Source of the DNA: Candidatus Bathyarchaeota archaeon
Lineage (GTDB): Archaea; Thermoproteota; Bathyarchaeia; Bathyarchaeales; Bathycorpusculaceae
Direction of reading: 5' to 3'
Assembly (NCBI GenBank): GCA_963720565.1
Contig: CAVRFW010000001.1
Location: 22,823-86,822 of the forward strand
Length of the DNA: 64,000 nucleotides
In this document: piece by piece, positions 20,334 to 30,820 of the stretch
Position numbering within the stretch: position 1 is the stretch's first letter
Layout: each line of letters starts with the position of its first letter
Made by a program: the position numbers and the translations under genes
The notes under the pieces: model-generated
Told to the model about the DNA's origin: nothing
What the model saw: only the letters and a program-made list of their open reading frames with translations
Databases searched by the model: none

Positions 20334-20430
20334 CTATTCCCGTTGTGTTTTCTTGATTAGTCGGGTCATGAATTTTCTGGTTCGTTCGCTTTTAGGATGA
20401 AGAATTGTTCTGTCGGCGCGCTTTCCTAGC
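20334..20430 (-). pseudogene. C-terminal remnant of an amino acid ABC ATPase
   Basis: Reads ...PKSERTRKFMTRLIKKTQRE*, matching PNTDRAKKFMTRIINRTTRE* at the end of 24490-25299. Confidence 0.65.
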
Positions 20431-20547
20431 AAACAAATCTCGCGCAACATAAACGCAGAAGAGTTTTGGGCTTCTTCAAATAGACGTGTTCTCAAGCTTT
20501 CAGGAAATCAGAGCTGGCTTACAATTGGGCAACTCCGAGCTTTGCTC

Positions 20548-21189
20548 TTAGGATGTTCGTGATTGTTTTGCTGCTTTCACAATCATACCTTTCGGGACAA
20601 TATAACCCTTGAAAGGAACCCACAAGCTCTTGAAATAGCTAATGCAGACAGCGCCAAATCCAGATTCTTCCAGCAATCTTACCATTTCGTCTTCGCCATA
20701 AAGCTTCAAATTATATTTTTCTATGAGTTGTGAATGATCTTTTCCATCGTCTTTGTTGTAGGCCATTTCAAGAACTAGCCTGCCACCAGGAGCTAATACT
20801 CTATATATTTCCTCAAGGGACGCTTTTGGTTCTGACCAAAAGAAGAATGTCTCAATCCCAACTGCAACAGAAAACTCGTTGCCTTTCCAAGGCAGAGCAG
20901 AAGCAACGCCTTGCACAAATTGGACTTTTCCTAATTTAACAAGTTCTTTGTTATTGTTGTTCGCTAATTTTGCCATGTCTTTGGAAAAGTCTAATGCAGA
21001 TATTTGCGCGACGTGGGAAGCGTATTTTTTTATAAACAAGCCGGAGCCAGAGCCTATTTCAAGGTACCGGTCATTATTCCTCAGTCTGATAACTTGTGCG
21101 GCGTTTTTATAGAAACTTCTGGTGCCCATAGACATCCCCCAAGCTAGGAATTTTCCAAGAATGCCTGTGGGCTGTGAGGTTTGCGTCAT
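20548..21189 (-). CDS. Class I SAM-dependent methyltransferase
   Basis: YLEIGSGSG, ALDFS, ALPW, IYRVLAPGGRL. Confidence 0.88.
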   Translation of the reverse strand: MTQTSQPTGILGKFLAWGMSMGTRSFYKNAAQVIRLRNNDRYLEIGSGSGLFIKKYASHVAQISALDFSKDMAKLANNNNKELVKLGKVQFVQGVASALPWKGNEFSVAVGIETFFFWSEPKASLEEIYRVLAPGGRLVLEMAYNKDDGKDHSQLIEKYNLKLYGEDEMVRLLEESGFGAVCISYFKSLWVPFKGYIVPKGMIVKAAKQSRTS

Positions 21190-21272
21190 GAAGCATTATT
21201 CTCTTTATGGTGTTTCAAGTTCGCTTGCACGTGCTGCGTGCATAAGCTTTTTTAGTGGGATACTGTCGAACC

Positions 21273-22014
21273 TCAAAATTCAAGTTTTAGACCATCGTGT
21301 GCGCAAATAGTGTTTCTGAATATCGTTGTTGCTGCAACCTTTGCCTAGGGAACGGTCTTTTGGTGTTTTGTAGTTGCTAGCGGTAAAGTGGGTTAATACG
21401 AGTTGTCTGACGTTGGCTTGTTTTGCTGTGTTTGCAGCGTCTTCCGGATCCAGATGAGGCCAATCTAATTCTTCTTGTCCAGGTAATAGTGAGCATTCTG
21501 TTATTAGAAGAGCTGCGTTTTGTGCGAGCTCGATCAAGTTGTTACATAGTCCTGTGTCAGTGCAGTAAGTAACTGTATGATTGTCCAGTTCGAACCTGTA
21601 TCCCAGGCTCGGATCCGAATGAACCAATTGTTTGCAAGCGAATGGGAAAGGCGTTTTGTGACTGCCTTCTTCCAGGTCGTGGATCTCGACCCTGAACGGC
21701 AGGTCGCTGAATGGAATCGTGTATGGGTGCCTGATAATTTGCAAGCCATCCTTGGTGCCTGTATATCCATAGATGTTTACTGTTTGTTTGAATTTGAACT
21801 TGTTAAACGCGTGAAAACCTATAGTGTGGTCAAAGTGCAGGTGAGACAGGAACAAGTGAATCGGTTTTTCGGTTCGGATGTACTTGTCAATTTTATGTAT
21901 CCCGTCTCCAGCGTCAAGGACAACGTAGTCTGTTTCCGTTTCAATCAATACGCAAGATGTATTCCCCGAACCTGTTGAATACCAGCCGTTTGTACCCAGA
22001 AACCTGATTTTCAT
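21273..22014 (-). CDS. Metallo-beta-lactamase fold hydrolase (RNase Z/PhnP-like); +1 frameshift near 21345
   Basis: MKIRFLGTNG start, LDAGDG, SHLHFDH, YCTDTG, LVLTHF; the natural C-terminus ...IFRNTICAHDGLKLEF* lies in the adjacent frame. Confidence 0.85.
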
Positions 22015-22249
22015 GGCGAACACAATCCTCAGCGAATAGAGTTGTTGAAAATGTCTTCTTTGAGTAGATATATTTAAATGATTTTTCAGCCGTAGCGCGC
22101 TAGCCACAAACCGCTTAGTTCTATCTCCTCCGCTACAATACAAAGAGGCATCTTTCACCTCTGCAGCTAATATTTAGTGTACATGAAGACTAAAGTGCCT
22201 ATTCATCAGAGTGCTTTCAGAGGACGAATGTTATAAAAAGGCAAGGCGC

Positions 22250-22830
22250 GCTGAATCGGTACGGGATTGAGGATGCATGTGTCCGCACCTTTCACAAACT
22301 TGGCAAAGATATCCTTGAGCGTTCAGGAAAGACGATTTACAGAACAGATATTGTTCACGAAAACAAGAAATACGAATTTGTAAAAAGCTTTTTCGAAGAA
22401 GAAGCAGTTGCTAACAGGAATTTCTACAATTTGTTTATCCACTACGTGGTAACTGTTCGTGATGAAGATTCTGAGGTAACTGAAGAAGACAAACAGGCGG
22501 TTTTGGATTACGCCATAGAAAGCAACTACATTTCGATTAATGGTACGAAGGTGAGTAGCAGAGCCGAGAAGGAGACTATGGATTGGCTCCTTACGCATAA
22601 AATCAATGGGCGAAAAATCGAGGTGAGATATGAACCTGATGTTGATGATTTGTTTAGACCCGATTTCTATTTTCCACAGTTTGAAATCTAGAACATTGGG
22701 ACCTTAGGAAAAATGGGGACGTACCCGAATGCTTCGACCAATCATCCTTGGAATATAAAGATAAGATGGAAAAGAAAAAGGGTTGGTTTGCTGAACACAA
22801 CAAACCTCTTGTTGAAACATTTGCGTGCGC
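22250..22830 (+). pseudogene. Internal fragment of a UvrD/helicase IV-like gene with inserted PD-(D/E)xK-like region
   Basis: VRTFHKLGKDIL, GTKVSSRAEKE, YEP...RPDFYFPQFEI, then frameshifted LEHW...YKDKMEKKKGWF...LVETF; no start codon or Walker A. Confidence 0.65.
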
Positions 22831-22981
22831 TACCAAAAGGTTGGTAGGTAGCGGCAATACTTTCCGAAAGTTTGCGAAAAACGAGCAACTTTGACTCGTA
22901 AAGACCAAATAAAACATCGTTTGCCCATTATGCTAGAACTTAAATACAGAGACCAGTGAATTATGGAGCTAGGAGAAAAAA

Positions 22982-23815
22982 ATGGCAAAAATATTAACCA
23001 TAGCTTTAGTTGTAATAATGCTCATCGTAGGATTCGCCGCAGGCTTGGTTGCCAGTCCACTAATTCTACCGCAAAACCAGTCAGGCACAGATGCTGTCTG
23101 GGCAAACATTCAAGAAACCAAAGTCATCCGTGTGGGCACAGACCCAACATGGCCTCCCTACCAACTGCGAGATGAGGTCACAGGAGAAATCGTAGGCTTC
23201 GAAGTTGACCTAGGAGACGCATGCGCAGCAAAACTAGGCTTAACAATACAATGGAACGACGTAGGATTCGACAACATCATCCTTTCCGTTCAGAATGGTC
23301 AACTTGACATGGGTGTCAGCGGCTTTTCAGTAACCCCTGAAAGACTAGAGGTTGTCTCCTTCACTTTGCCACACAGCACAACAGAAGGACAAATAGTAAT
23401 GCTAACGAGCACAATGGAATCCAAAGGCATAACAACCGTAGACTCGCTTTCAGACTTCAAAACCCTGGGCATCACCGTTGGTGTCCAATCTGGAAACGTT
23501 CAGCAGATAGAACTTCAACAAGCAGGAGTAAGCGTCAGAACATGGGAAGATTCTGCATCGCCATTCCAAGATATGGTAAGCGCAAACCCAAGCGTACAAG
23601 CAGTATATGCCGAAACACCAATTACAACCGATTGGATTATTCGATTCCAAGCTGAGGGAAAATCAGTTGAGGTTGTCTACACCCGCCCATTCTGGCCAGT
23701 TGCATTCCTCACCGCCAAAAACTCACATACTCTACTTGACAAAATGAACGGCGCACTTGCAGAGCTAATCTATGATGGAACAGTAGATCAACTAAAAGCA
23801 GAATGGCTTGATTAA
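22982..23815 (+). CDS. Polar amino acid ABC transporter substrate-binding protein (SBP family 3)
   Basis: N-terminal TM anchor, RVGTDPTWPPY, GFEVDL, VTPERLEVVSFT. Confidence 0.9.
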   Translation: MAKILTIALVVIMLIVGFAAGLVASPLILPQNQSGTDAVWANIQETKVIRVGTDPTWPPYQLRDEVTGEIVGFEVDLGDACAAKLGLTIQWNDVGFDNIILSVQNGQLDMGVSGFSVTPERLEVVSFTLPHSTTEGQIVMLTSTMESKGITTVDSLSDFKTLGITVGVQSGNVQQIELQQAGVSVRTWEDSASPFQDMVSANPSVQAVYAETPITTDWIIRFQAEGKSVEVVYTRPFWPVAFLTAKNSHTLLDKMNGALAELIYDGTVDQLKAEWLD

Positions 23816-23831
23816 ACACACGTGAACTGTA

Positions 23832-24485
23832 TTGGATGTCTGGCAACAGTTAATCTTCCTCCTGGGAGGAGTACCAGTTACTCTTTCCATTTCTATACTC
23901 TCTTTCATAATCGGCGTAGCAGTAGGTTTGCCACTCGCATTTATCAGAACCTACGAAAAAGAAATCGGTTTTGTAGTTGATGCTTACGAAAAAATCCTAC
24001 GCGGCATTCCAGAAATAGTATTATTGTTACTCTTCTATTTTGGGTTAGGAGCTTATTTTCCGTTACCTTTTGGCAGCGCCTTCTTTGTTGCAGCCTTCGT
24101 ATTAGGATTGAGAAGCGGAGCAAATCAATCGCAAATTTACAGAGGCGCAATTCGCGGAGTTGGTGACGAACAAATCATCGCCGCCACATCTATCGGTCTC
24201 TCTAAATGGAGGGCAATTTGGCACATCATGGTTCCCCAAGTTTTGAATTTCTCAACTGCAGGTTTAGGCAGCGAATATGCCTTGCTCATTAAAGACTCAG
24301 CCTATGTTTACGTCATAGGCCTAGCAGAACTGATGACAAAGGCCATACAGATAAAAAGCATCCCCCCCGGCGATGTTGTCACACCATTTGTTCTCTCCGC
24401 AGCCATCTATATTGCGTTAACATTCCCCATCGCCTCCTGGCTGGATAGATGGGGAAATAAAAGAAAAAAGAAACTAGGATTGTAG
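23832..24485 (+). CDS. Polar amino acid ABC permease
   Basis: LRGIPEIV, IYRGAIRGVGDEQIIAATSIG EAA loop, LIKDS. Confidence 0.9.
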   Translation: MDVWQQLIFLLGGVPVTLSISILSFIIGVAVGLPLAFIRTYEKEIGFVVDAYEKILRGIPEIVLLLLFYFGLGAYFPLPFGSAFFVAAFVLGLRSGANQSQIYRGAIRGVGDEQIIAATSIGLSKWRAIWHIMVPQVLNFSTAGLGSEYALLIKDSAYVYVIGLAELMTKAIQIKSIPPGDVVTPFVLSAAIYIALTFPIASWLDRWGNKRKKKLGL

Positions 24486-24489
24486 AACA

Positions 24490-25299
24490 ATGACCGACCT
24501 CGTAATGGAAGCAAAACACGTGTACAAGAATTACGGCAAAGAATCCACAAAAACAAACAAGATTGGCCCACAAACATGCCTTGCCACCGAACAAATTGTT
24601 GAAGCAGTCAAAGACGTCTCAATGCAAATTAGAAAAGGCGACATAAAACTAATTTTTGGACCCAGCGGTTCAGGAAAAAGCACCTTCCTTCGCTGTATGG
24701 CCATGCTCGAGATTCCAGACAAAGGCGAAATTTACCTTCGCGACGAATGTTTAACCCGCCCCGGCGTTGATCTAAACAAAGCACGTGCAAGAATCGGATT
24801 TGTCTTCCAACACATCTACCTATTCCGCCATCTCACAGCCCTGGGCAACGTCGAGTTAGCACTCCGACAAGTGCTAAAACTGCCCAAGGAAGAAGCCCGC
24901 AAACGAGCATTAGCTGCCTTAGCAGACGTAAAAGTCACTGACTGCGTTAACAAGTATCCTTCTCAAATGTCAGGAGGACAGGCACAACGCGTAGGCATCG
25001 CCAGAGCGATAGCACGAGACCCTGACATTATTCTACTTGACGAACCCACATCAGCACTAGACCCAGAGCTCACCGGGGAAGTTATTGACACCCTTCGTGA
25101 CTTGGCAAAGCAAGGTACAACAATGCTGATCGTAAGCCACGAAATGCCATTTGCACGCGAAGTCGCAGAAGAAATGATTTTCTACGACGAGGGCACAGTC
25201 GTTGAAACTGGACCCCCACCACTATTCTTCAACGCACCAAATACTGATCGAGCCAAAAAATTCATGACAAGAATCATAAACCGAACTACCCGGGAATAA
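24490..25299 (+). CDS. Polar amino acid ABC ATP-binding protein (GlnQ-like)
   Basis: GPSGSGKST, MSGGQAQR, LLDEPTSALDPE, VSHEM. Confidence 0.93.
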   Translation: MTDLVMEAKHVYKNYGKESTKTNKIGPQTCLATEQIVEAVKDVSMQIRKGDIKLIFGPSGSGKSTFLRCMAMLEIPDKGEIYLRDECLTRPGVDLNKARARIGFVFQHIYLFRHLTALGNVELALRQVLKLPKEEARKRALAALADVKVTDCVNKYPSQMSGGQAQRVGIARAIARDPDIILLDEPTSALDPELTGEVIDTLRDLAKQGTTMLIVSHEMPFAREVAEEMIFYDEGTVVETGPPPLFFNAPNTDRAKKFMTRIINRTTRE

Positions 25300-25980
25300 G
25301 TGATGTTTGAATTTGTCTTCAACCCCGTATACCAAGGGTGGATCCTTCAAGGGCTACTCCTAACAATCGAAATTACGATGTTTGGGGTCTTGATGGGCTT
25401 AGTATTGGGAACCCTCTTGGCTATCGGCGACATCTACGGTAAAAAACCGATTAAAATAGTGATTGCGACTTATGTAGAAATCTTCCGAGGAAGCCCTTTA
25501 TTTGTACAGCTTTTCCTGGCAGTATATACAGTTCCAGCGATACTTAATGTCCAGATTGACCACGCCTTTTTAGCTTTTCTAGTTTTTGGATTGAACAGTG
25601 CCGGTTATCAGAAAGGCTACATGAAAGGTGCAATTGAGACCATAATGGGTGATCAAACGGAAGCGAGTTTATCGGTAGGTTTGTCAAAGATTCAAACTCT
25701 TCGCCATGTTATTCTGCCACAAGCTTATCGTATAGTCATCCCCTCATGGACTAACGAATTCTGTTCCTTGACAAAAAGTACCGCAACTCTAGCATTCGTA
25801 GGCTTTCTTGACTTAGTAGGTGCAGGTCGCTCGATCTTAATCAATAACATGCAGATTATGCCTGTTTGGATTGTTATCGCGATAATCTACCTAGTTTGGA
25901 TAACTGGATTCTCAAAAATAATGGACATCATTTATGAAAAAGAAAAGATTCCAGGCATCGAGCTAAGCATGCAATCTTAA
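25300..25980 (+). CDS. Polar amino acid ABC permease
   Basis: VEIFRGSPLFVQL, EASLSVGLS, ILPQAYR. Confidence 0.9.
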   Translation: MMFEFVFNPVYQGWILQGLLLTIEITMFGVLMGLVLGTLLAIGDIYGKKPIKIVIATYVEIFRGSPLFVQLFLAVYTVPAILNVQIDHAFLAFLVFGLNSAGYQKGYMKGAIETIMGDQTEASLSVGLSKIQTLRHVILPQAYRIVIPSWTNEFCSLTKSTATLAFVGFLDLVGAGRSILINNMQIMPVWIVIAIIYLVWITGFSKIMDIIYEKEKIPGIELSMQS

Positions 25981-26191
25981 GCATCTATTCTCTTTGGTAG
26001 TCCGACCAAATTTTTAGCTAAATCCTCTATAGCACCCGTGATTGTTCTGAAAATTATTCCCCAGCCATTCTAAGCTAAACTCAAGTCTACGCGGTCTTGA
26101 AAGGCCCAGAATTGCCAAATTGCGCATATTAGATTTGGAGCACGTTGTCAAAGAGAAGGGTTTTATTAATTGTGCATCAATGAAGAATGCA

Positions 26192-27253
26192 ATGAAAACA
26201 ATTCACAAGCTGTTTTTCGGAAACGCCCGCAACATGAACAAAATAGAAGACAACTCTATTGATCTAATGGTTACGTCTCCACCTTACCCTATGATTGAGA
26301 TGTGGGATGAGATTTTCTCTAAGCAAAACTCAGAGATTGGGAGAGCTCTGAAGAGTGAAAACGGAGAAATAGCTTTTGAACTCATGAACAAAGAGCTGGA
26401 TGAAGTCTGGAACGAAGCTTATCGTGTGCTAAGTCCTGGCGGGTTTGCATGCATCAATATCGGAGACGCCGCAAGAACTTTAGGTGGCGAGTTCAAGATT
26501 TATCCAAGCCATGTGCGAATATTGCAGTCTTGTCTCAAATTGGGCTTCAGTTCTCTCCCCGAGATAATATGGAGAAAACAAACGAACGCTCCGAACAAGT
26601 TCATGGGTTCAGGTATGTTGCCGGCTGGAGCCTACGTTACACTAGAACACGAGTTCATACTAATCTTGAGAAAAGGCAACAAGAAAGAGTTCATCAACGA
26701 GGAAGACAAGGAACGCAGAAGAGAAAGCGCGTTTTTTTGGGAAGAAAGGAACATGTGGTTTTCCGATGTCTGGGAAGGTCTGAAGGGAACAAAACAAAAC
26801 AGCATAGATGAGGAGATTCGGGAGAGAAGTGGAGCTTTTCCGTTCGAATTGCCTTATCGATTAATCAACATGTTATCGCTTAGAAACGATACCGTTCTTG
26901 ACCCCTTTCTGGGAACTGGAACCACAACCTCGGCTGCGATGGCTACGGGAAGAAACAGCGTAGGAATCGAAATAGACAAGAAGTTCAAGGTAACTCTGTT
27001 TGAAAGATTTGGAGGCATAGTTGACTTCTCGAACAAGCTTATCGAAAACAGAATAATAAACCACCTGAAGTTTGTCAAAGAAAGAACCGAAGCCAAGGGT
27101 GAACTGGGCTACAAAAGCACGACATACGGCTTTCCAGTTATGACTAGTCAAGAGACTGAGATAACCTTCGATGAACCATTAAAAATTGTTAAGAAAGAAA
27201 GCGAGATTGAAGTGGAATATCGAGAAAAGCATACTTTTCAGTCTACGACCTAA
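26192..27253 (+). CDS. Site-specific DNA methyltransferase (N4-C/N6-A, beta class), orphan
   Basis: Catalytic VTSPPY precedes SAM-binding VLDPFLGTGTT; TTTTATTAAT about 25-30 nt upstream of ATG 26192. Confidence 0.9.
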   Translation: MKTIHKLFFGNARNMNKIEDNSIDLMVTSPPYPMIEMWDEIFSKQNSEIGRALKSENGEIAFELMNKELDEVWNEAYRVLSPGGFACINIGDAARTLGGEFKIYPSHVRILQSCLKLGFSSLPEIIWRKQTNAPNKFMGSGMLPAGAYVTLEHEFILILRKGNKKEFINEEDKERRRESAFFWEERNMWFSDVWEGLKGTKQNSIDEEIRERSGAFPFELPYRLINMLSLRNDTVLDPFLGTGTTTSAAMATGRNSVGIEIDKKFKVTLFERFGGIVDFSNKLIENRIINHLKFVKERTEAKGELGYKSTTYGFPVMTSQETEITFDEPLKIVKKESEIEVEYREKHTFQSTT

Positions 27254-27609
27254 GACCTTGTAAAAAAAAAGAGGAATCTATGTTCCGTATTTAGCAGTGT
27301 TTGCTCCCGAAGTTTTGTTTGCTCTCCATGCAACAAAAAACTGCCAGAGTCTTTGTTAGGGGAGCAAAATCGCTGAAAACTTGCTGCAATCAAATTGTCA
27401 AAGCATCAAAACGCGTTCCTGGTAGAAACAAGTGTACGGCGTTGATCAAATTCAATTCACCAAGATTAGTGAAAGGATACCAGGCTTGTTGAGAGTAGTC
27501 TCAAATGCTACGAGCGTTGAGAGACACGCATTAAGCAAGGAGAGACTGTGGCGCAGAACTGGTTTCTTCCCTCTTTTCGGCAGGGTGAGCGCGCGGTACT
27601 GTTTTTCAA

Positions 27610-28489
27610 TTATAGTGTGTCTTCTGTTCTGAGTTTTTCTCTAATTGGCTTTTCTGAGTCGAATACAAGTTTCTTCCCGTTTCCCAGCCATAGAGGAAGA
27701 AGCGAGAGATCTCGGGTCAGCCTTTGGAGGCCAGATAATTCTAGACTTGCGGCTTGGTCACTGCCCCACATTGTTCGGTCTAGTGTTATGTGCCGTTCAA
27801 TAACGCGGGCACCCATGACTGCTGCAACTAGAGATGCAGTGTAGCCTTTTTCATGTCCACTATAACCTATGATGTGGGCAGGGTATCTTTTCTTGTATGT
27901 CTCAATTGCTCGTAAATTGAGTTCGGAGTTTTCGGCTGGATATGAAGAGTTGCAATGGAGTATAACAAGAGGAACAGTAGACGAGGAAGTTTATGGCTTT
28001 GTTAATTTCAGATATTGTACTCATACCCGTGGAAAGTAGAATTGGTTTTCCTGTGGATTTTGTTTTTTCCAAAAGTCTTTTGTTGGTCAACATTGCAGAG
28101 GGGATTTTGTAGCAGGATACGTTGAAATCTTCCAGGAAGTTTACGCTGGGAAGGTCCCATGGTGAGGCAAACCACAGTATATCCTTCTTCCTGCAATAGT
28201 TATCGATTTCCTCGTATTGTTCCCTGCTGAACTCCAGTCTTTTTTTGTATTCCAAGTAGGTCAGTCTCCCCCAAGGCGTATCTTTGTAATGGTTTTTCTG
28301 GTTTTCAGGTACGCAGAGCTCGGGTGTCCTTTTTTGGAATTTTACAGCGTCACATTTGCAGAAGCTTGCTAGATCTATCAATTCTTTAGCGGTATCGATA
28401 TTTCCATTGTGGTTTATCCCTATTTCAGCGACGAAGAAAACGGGCCAATCGTTTGAAATTGTTTTATTCTTGATTTTTATCTTGGTCAT
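27610..28489 (-). CDS. neuB: NeuB-family nonulosonate(-9-phosphate) synthase, split by a +1 frameshift near 27982
   Basis: VAEIGINHNG, AVKFQKR, KIPSA, LSTGMS, then LHCNSSYP, GYSGHE, ERHITLDRTMWGSDQAASLE. Confidence 0.9.
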
Positions 28490-29672
28490 GCTTGCCAACT
28501 TGTTTTGATTTTATTATCATGTCACATATTTCGCGGACGAATCCAGCGCCACCAAAATAGGACGAAACATAATGGCACTTGGGCTTAATGCTTTCAACAG
28601 CGTTCTTTGGGCAGGCGGCAAATCCGACGCTTTCAATTAGGGGTAGGTCGCCCAAATCATCTCCACAATAAGCTATTTCTGCATCTTTCACGGCAAGTTT
28701 TCTTTTAAGAAGCCTGTAAATAGTCTCCTTGTTTTTCACACCAGTGTATACGTGTTTTATGTTCAGTTTTTTCATCCTCTCTTTGACTATTCCGGTTTCT
28801 TCTGAAGTTATCACTGCGATTTCTATTCCTGTCTGACGTAGCATTTCAATGCCCTTGCCATCTATTCTCGAGAATTTCAATAATTCTCCACCTTGCTCGT
28901 TAGCGTACACAGAACCGTCGGTGAATACGCCATCCACATCAAAAATTGCAAGCTTAATTTTCTGTAGATTAGGTGTGAATAGAATTCTTTTTTGTGCTAT
29001 GTAATCAACTAATTCGAAGTCGAACGGTGTGTCAATCTCGTACGACGCCCAGTCCGGCATAACGTATGTCATAATACGACCGCCGAGTCTATTGTTCTCT
29101 TTGAGCAGAATTTCTTTTTTTGTTATGTATATTGACCCATTTTCTACAAGTTCCCATTGCTTATCCTGGCGTCTAGGTCGAGCTTGATAGTCGTAGTTTA
29201 GGGGTTGACCGTCACTTGACCAGAAAAAGGACCTGTTCTCTCGAACACTCAACAAAGAATCTCCTGAACTGGTGATCAGAAATTCTATGGCTTTATCTAT
29301 GTCGTATGTTCTTCTAATGGGAGAAGTGGGTTGCAGGAGTACAATGTACTTTGGATCAATTCCTTCTTTGAGAAGTTGCTCTATTGTATTTATCAAAACG
29401 GGTTCAGTCGGCGTCGTATCCGTTGCCAATTCTCCTGGTCGCATCAGCACTTTTGCACCATACTTTTTGCTTATCTTGGCGATATCTGGGTCTTCTGTTG
29501 AAACAACAGTATAGTCAATGTAATGAGATGCTATGGATTGCTCTATTGAATAGGCAATTAGGGGTTTGTTCAAAAGCTGTCTAAGGTTCTTGCGAGGAAT
29601 GCTTTTGCTACCGCCTCGTGCAGGAATAATCGAAACGATCAAGTTACCTTCATACATGGATGGCAAATCCAA
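28464..29672 (-). CDS. neuA: CMP-nonulosonate synthetase fused to a KdsC-like HAD phosphatase
   Basis: IIPARGGSKSIPRKN, LLQPTSP, ENGSIY, EIDTPFDF; C-terminal FDVDGVFTDG, GDDLGD, GGAGFVRE. Confidence 0.92.
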   Translation of the reverse strand: MDLPSMYEGNLIVSIIPARGGSKSIPRKNLRQLLNKPLIAYSIEQSIASHYIDYTVVSTEDPDIAKISKKYGAKVLMRPGELATDTTPTEPVLINTIEQLLKEGIDPKYIVLLQPTSPIRRTYDIDKAIEFLITSSGDSLLSVRENRSFFWSSDGQPLNYDYQARPRRQDKQWELVENGSIYITKKEILLKENNRLGGRIMTYVMPDWASYEIDTPFDFELVDYIAQKRILFTPNLQKIKLAIFDVDGVFTDGSVYANEQGGELLKFSRIDGKGIEMLRQTGIEIAVITSEETGIVKERMKKLNIKHVYTGVKNKETIYRLLKRKLAVKDAEIAYCGDDLGDLPLIESVGFAACPKNAVESIKPKCHYVSSYFGGAGFVREICDMIIKSKQVGKHDQDKNQE

Positions 29673-30027
29673 AACATTTTTTTTGCTTAATTAAAAAACA
29701 CGTATGTTGCTCGTTTGATTTGTAGTTGCTATTAGCGCATTCACATAACACATTTTCGAACTGATGCTGGTCGTTCATTTTCTTTGCCAGTCTTTTCTTT
29801 GGTTCAAATTGACTTTCGGAAATGTAAATAGCAGCTTTGCAGGCGGAAACATGTTTTCTCCCTAACATCAGTATCACACGATATAGAACGTATTTTGCGT
29901 TTAACTTTTTATGGCTTCTGTAGAAAGAGAACACATATAGATTGATTGACAAACTCTCTTCCGGTGTATCAGCCTCTCGCCACCCCCTACGTTCACCTTA
30001 ATAAGGCGAAGGTGGATTCCATAATCT

Positions 30028-30804
30028 ATGGACCCAGAGATCAAGATTCTAAAATCAATTAACCCAGCTGAAGTAGTGTTGGTTTGTGGTCTGCCTGGAA
30101 TGGCTTACGTTGGAAAAATACCGGTTGACTACATAATACAACAGCTCAAAGCTGAGTTAATTGGTGAAGTGTACTCCAAGCATTTTCCCCCTTATGTAAT
30201 AATAAACAAAGATGGATTAGTCGAATTACTGAGAAACGAAATACACTGCCTTGAAGGCGATTCAGGGCGCTTCATCGTCTTCCTATCAGGTAACGCACAA
30301 GCTTTCTCGCCTGAAGGACAGTACGAAATGGTGGAGAAAGTGTTGGATTGGGCCATAGAGAAAAAGGTGAAGAGAGTCATTTCGATTGCTGCTTTGGTGA
30401 CGGACAGGCCATTCGAGAGCCCAAGCGTGTATTGTTCCACCACTTCTGTCAGCCTGCTAGAAGAAGCAAAAGAACTGGGCGTGCAACCTTTGGATCAGGG
30501 TATTATCGGTGGTGAAAACGGTTTAATCATAGGCCTCGCAAGAAAGAAAAACGTTGAAGGCATTTGCCTCCTCACTGAAACCCATGGTTACCAGACTCCG
30601 ACCGGAGAATACGTAATGGATCCCAGAACAGCACCTGCCACGCTAAACATTCTAACCAAATTACTAAATTTGAAGGTAGATATGGAACCCATGGAGAAAA
30701 GGATCACTCAAATGGACGAGGCCTTTGCGAAGATGGCTGAGTTCGATAGGCGAGTGCGAGAAGAAATACAGCAAACAAGCAAAAAACCAAGCTACGTAAC
30801 CTAA
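30028..30804 (+). CDS. PAC2-family proteasome assembly chaperone
   Basis: GLPGMAYVGK, YSKHFPPYV, GNAQ..EGQYE, IIGGENGL, GICLLTETHG; C-terminus SYVT. Confidence 0.85.
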   Translation: MDPEIKILKSINPAEVVLVCGLPGMAYVGKIPVDYIIQQLKAELIGEVYSKHFPPYVIINKDGLVELLRNEIHCLEGDSGRFIVFLSGNAQAFSPEGQYEMVEKVLDWAIEKKVKRVISIAALVTDRPFESPSVYCSTTSVSLLEEAKELGVQPLDQGIIGGENGLIIGLARKKNVEGICLLTETHGYQTPTGEYVMDPRTAPATLNILTKLLNLKVDMEPMEKRITQMDEAFAKMAEFDRRVREEIQQTSKKPSYVT

Positions 30805-30820
30805 GGATGAGAACGCTCTC

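Noticed and set aside
21280..22158. ORF-track N-terminal extensions of the MBL hydrolase (also lsrF 59057, PQQ-like 47669, methyltransferase 26120)
   Set aside because: The extensions run through TATA/SD elements; family-typical N-termini begin at the downstream starts used above
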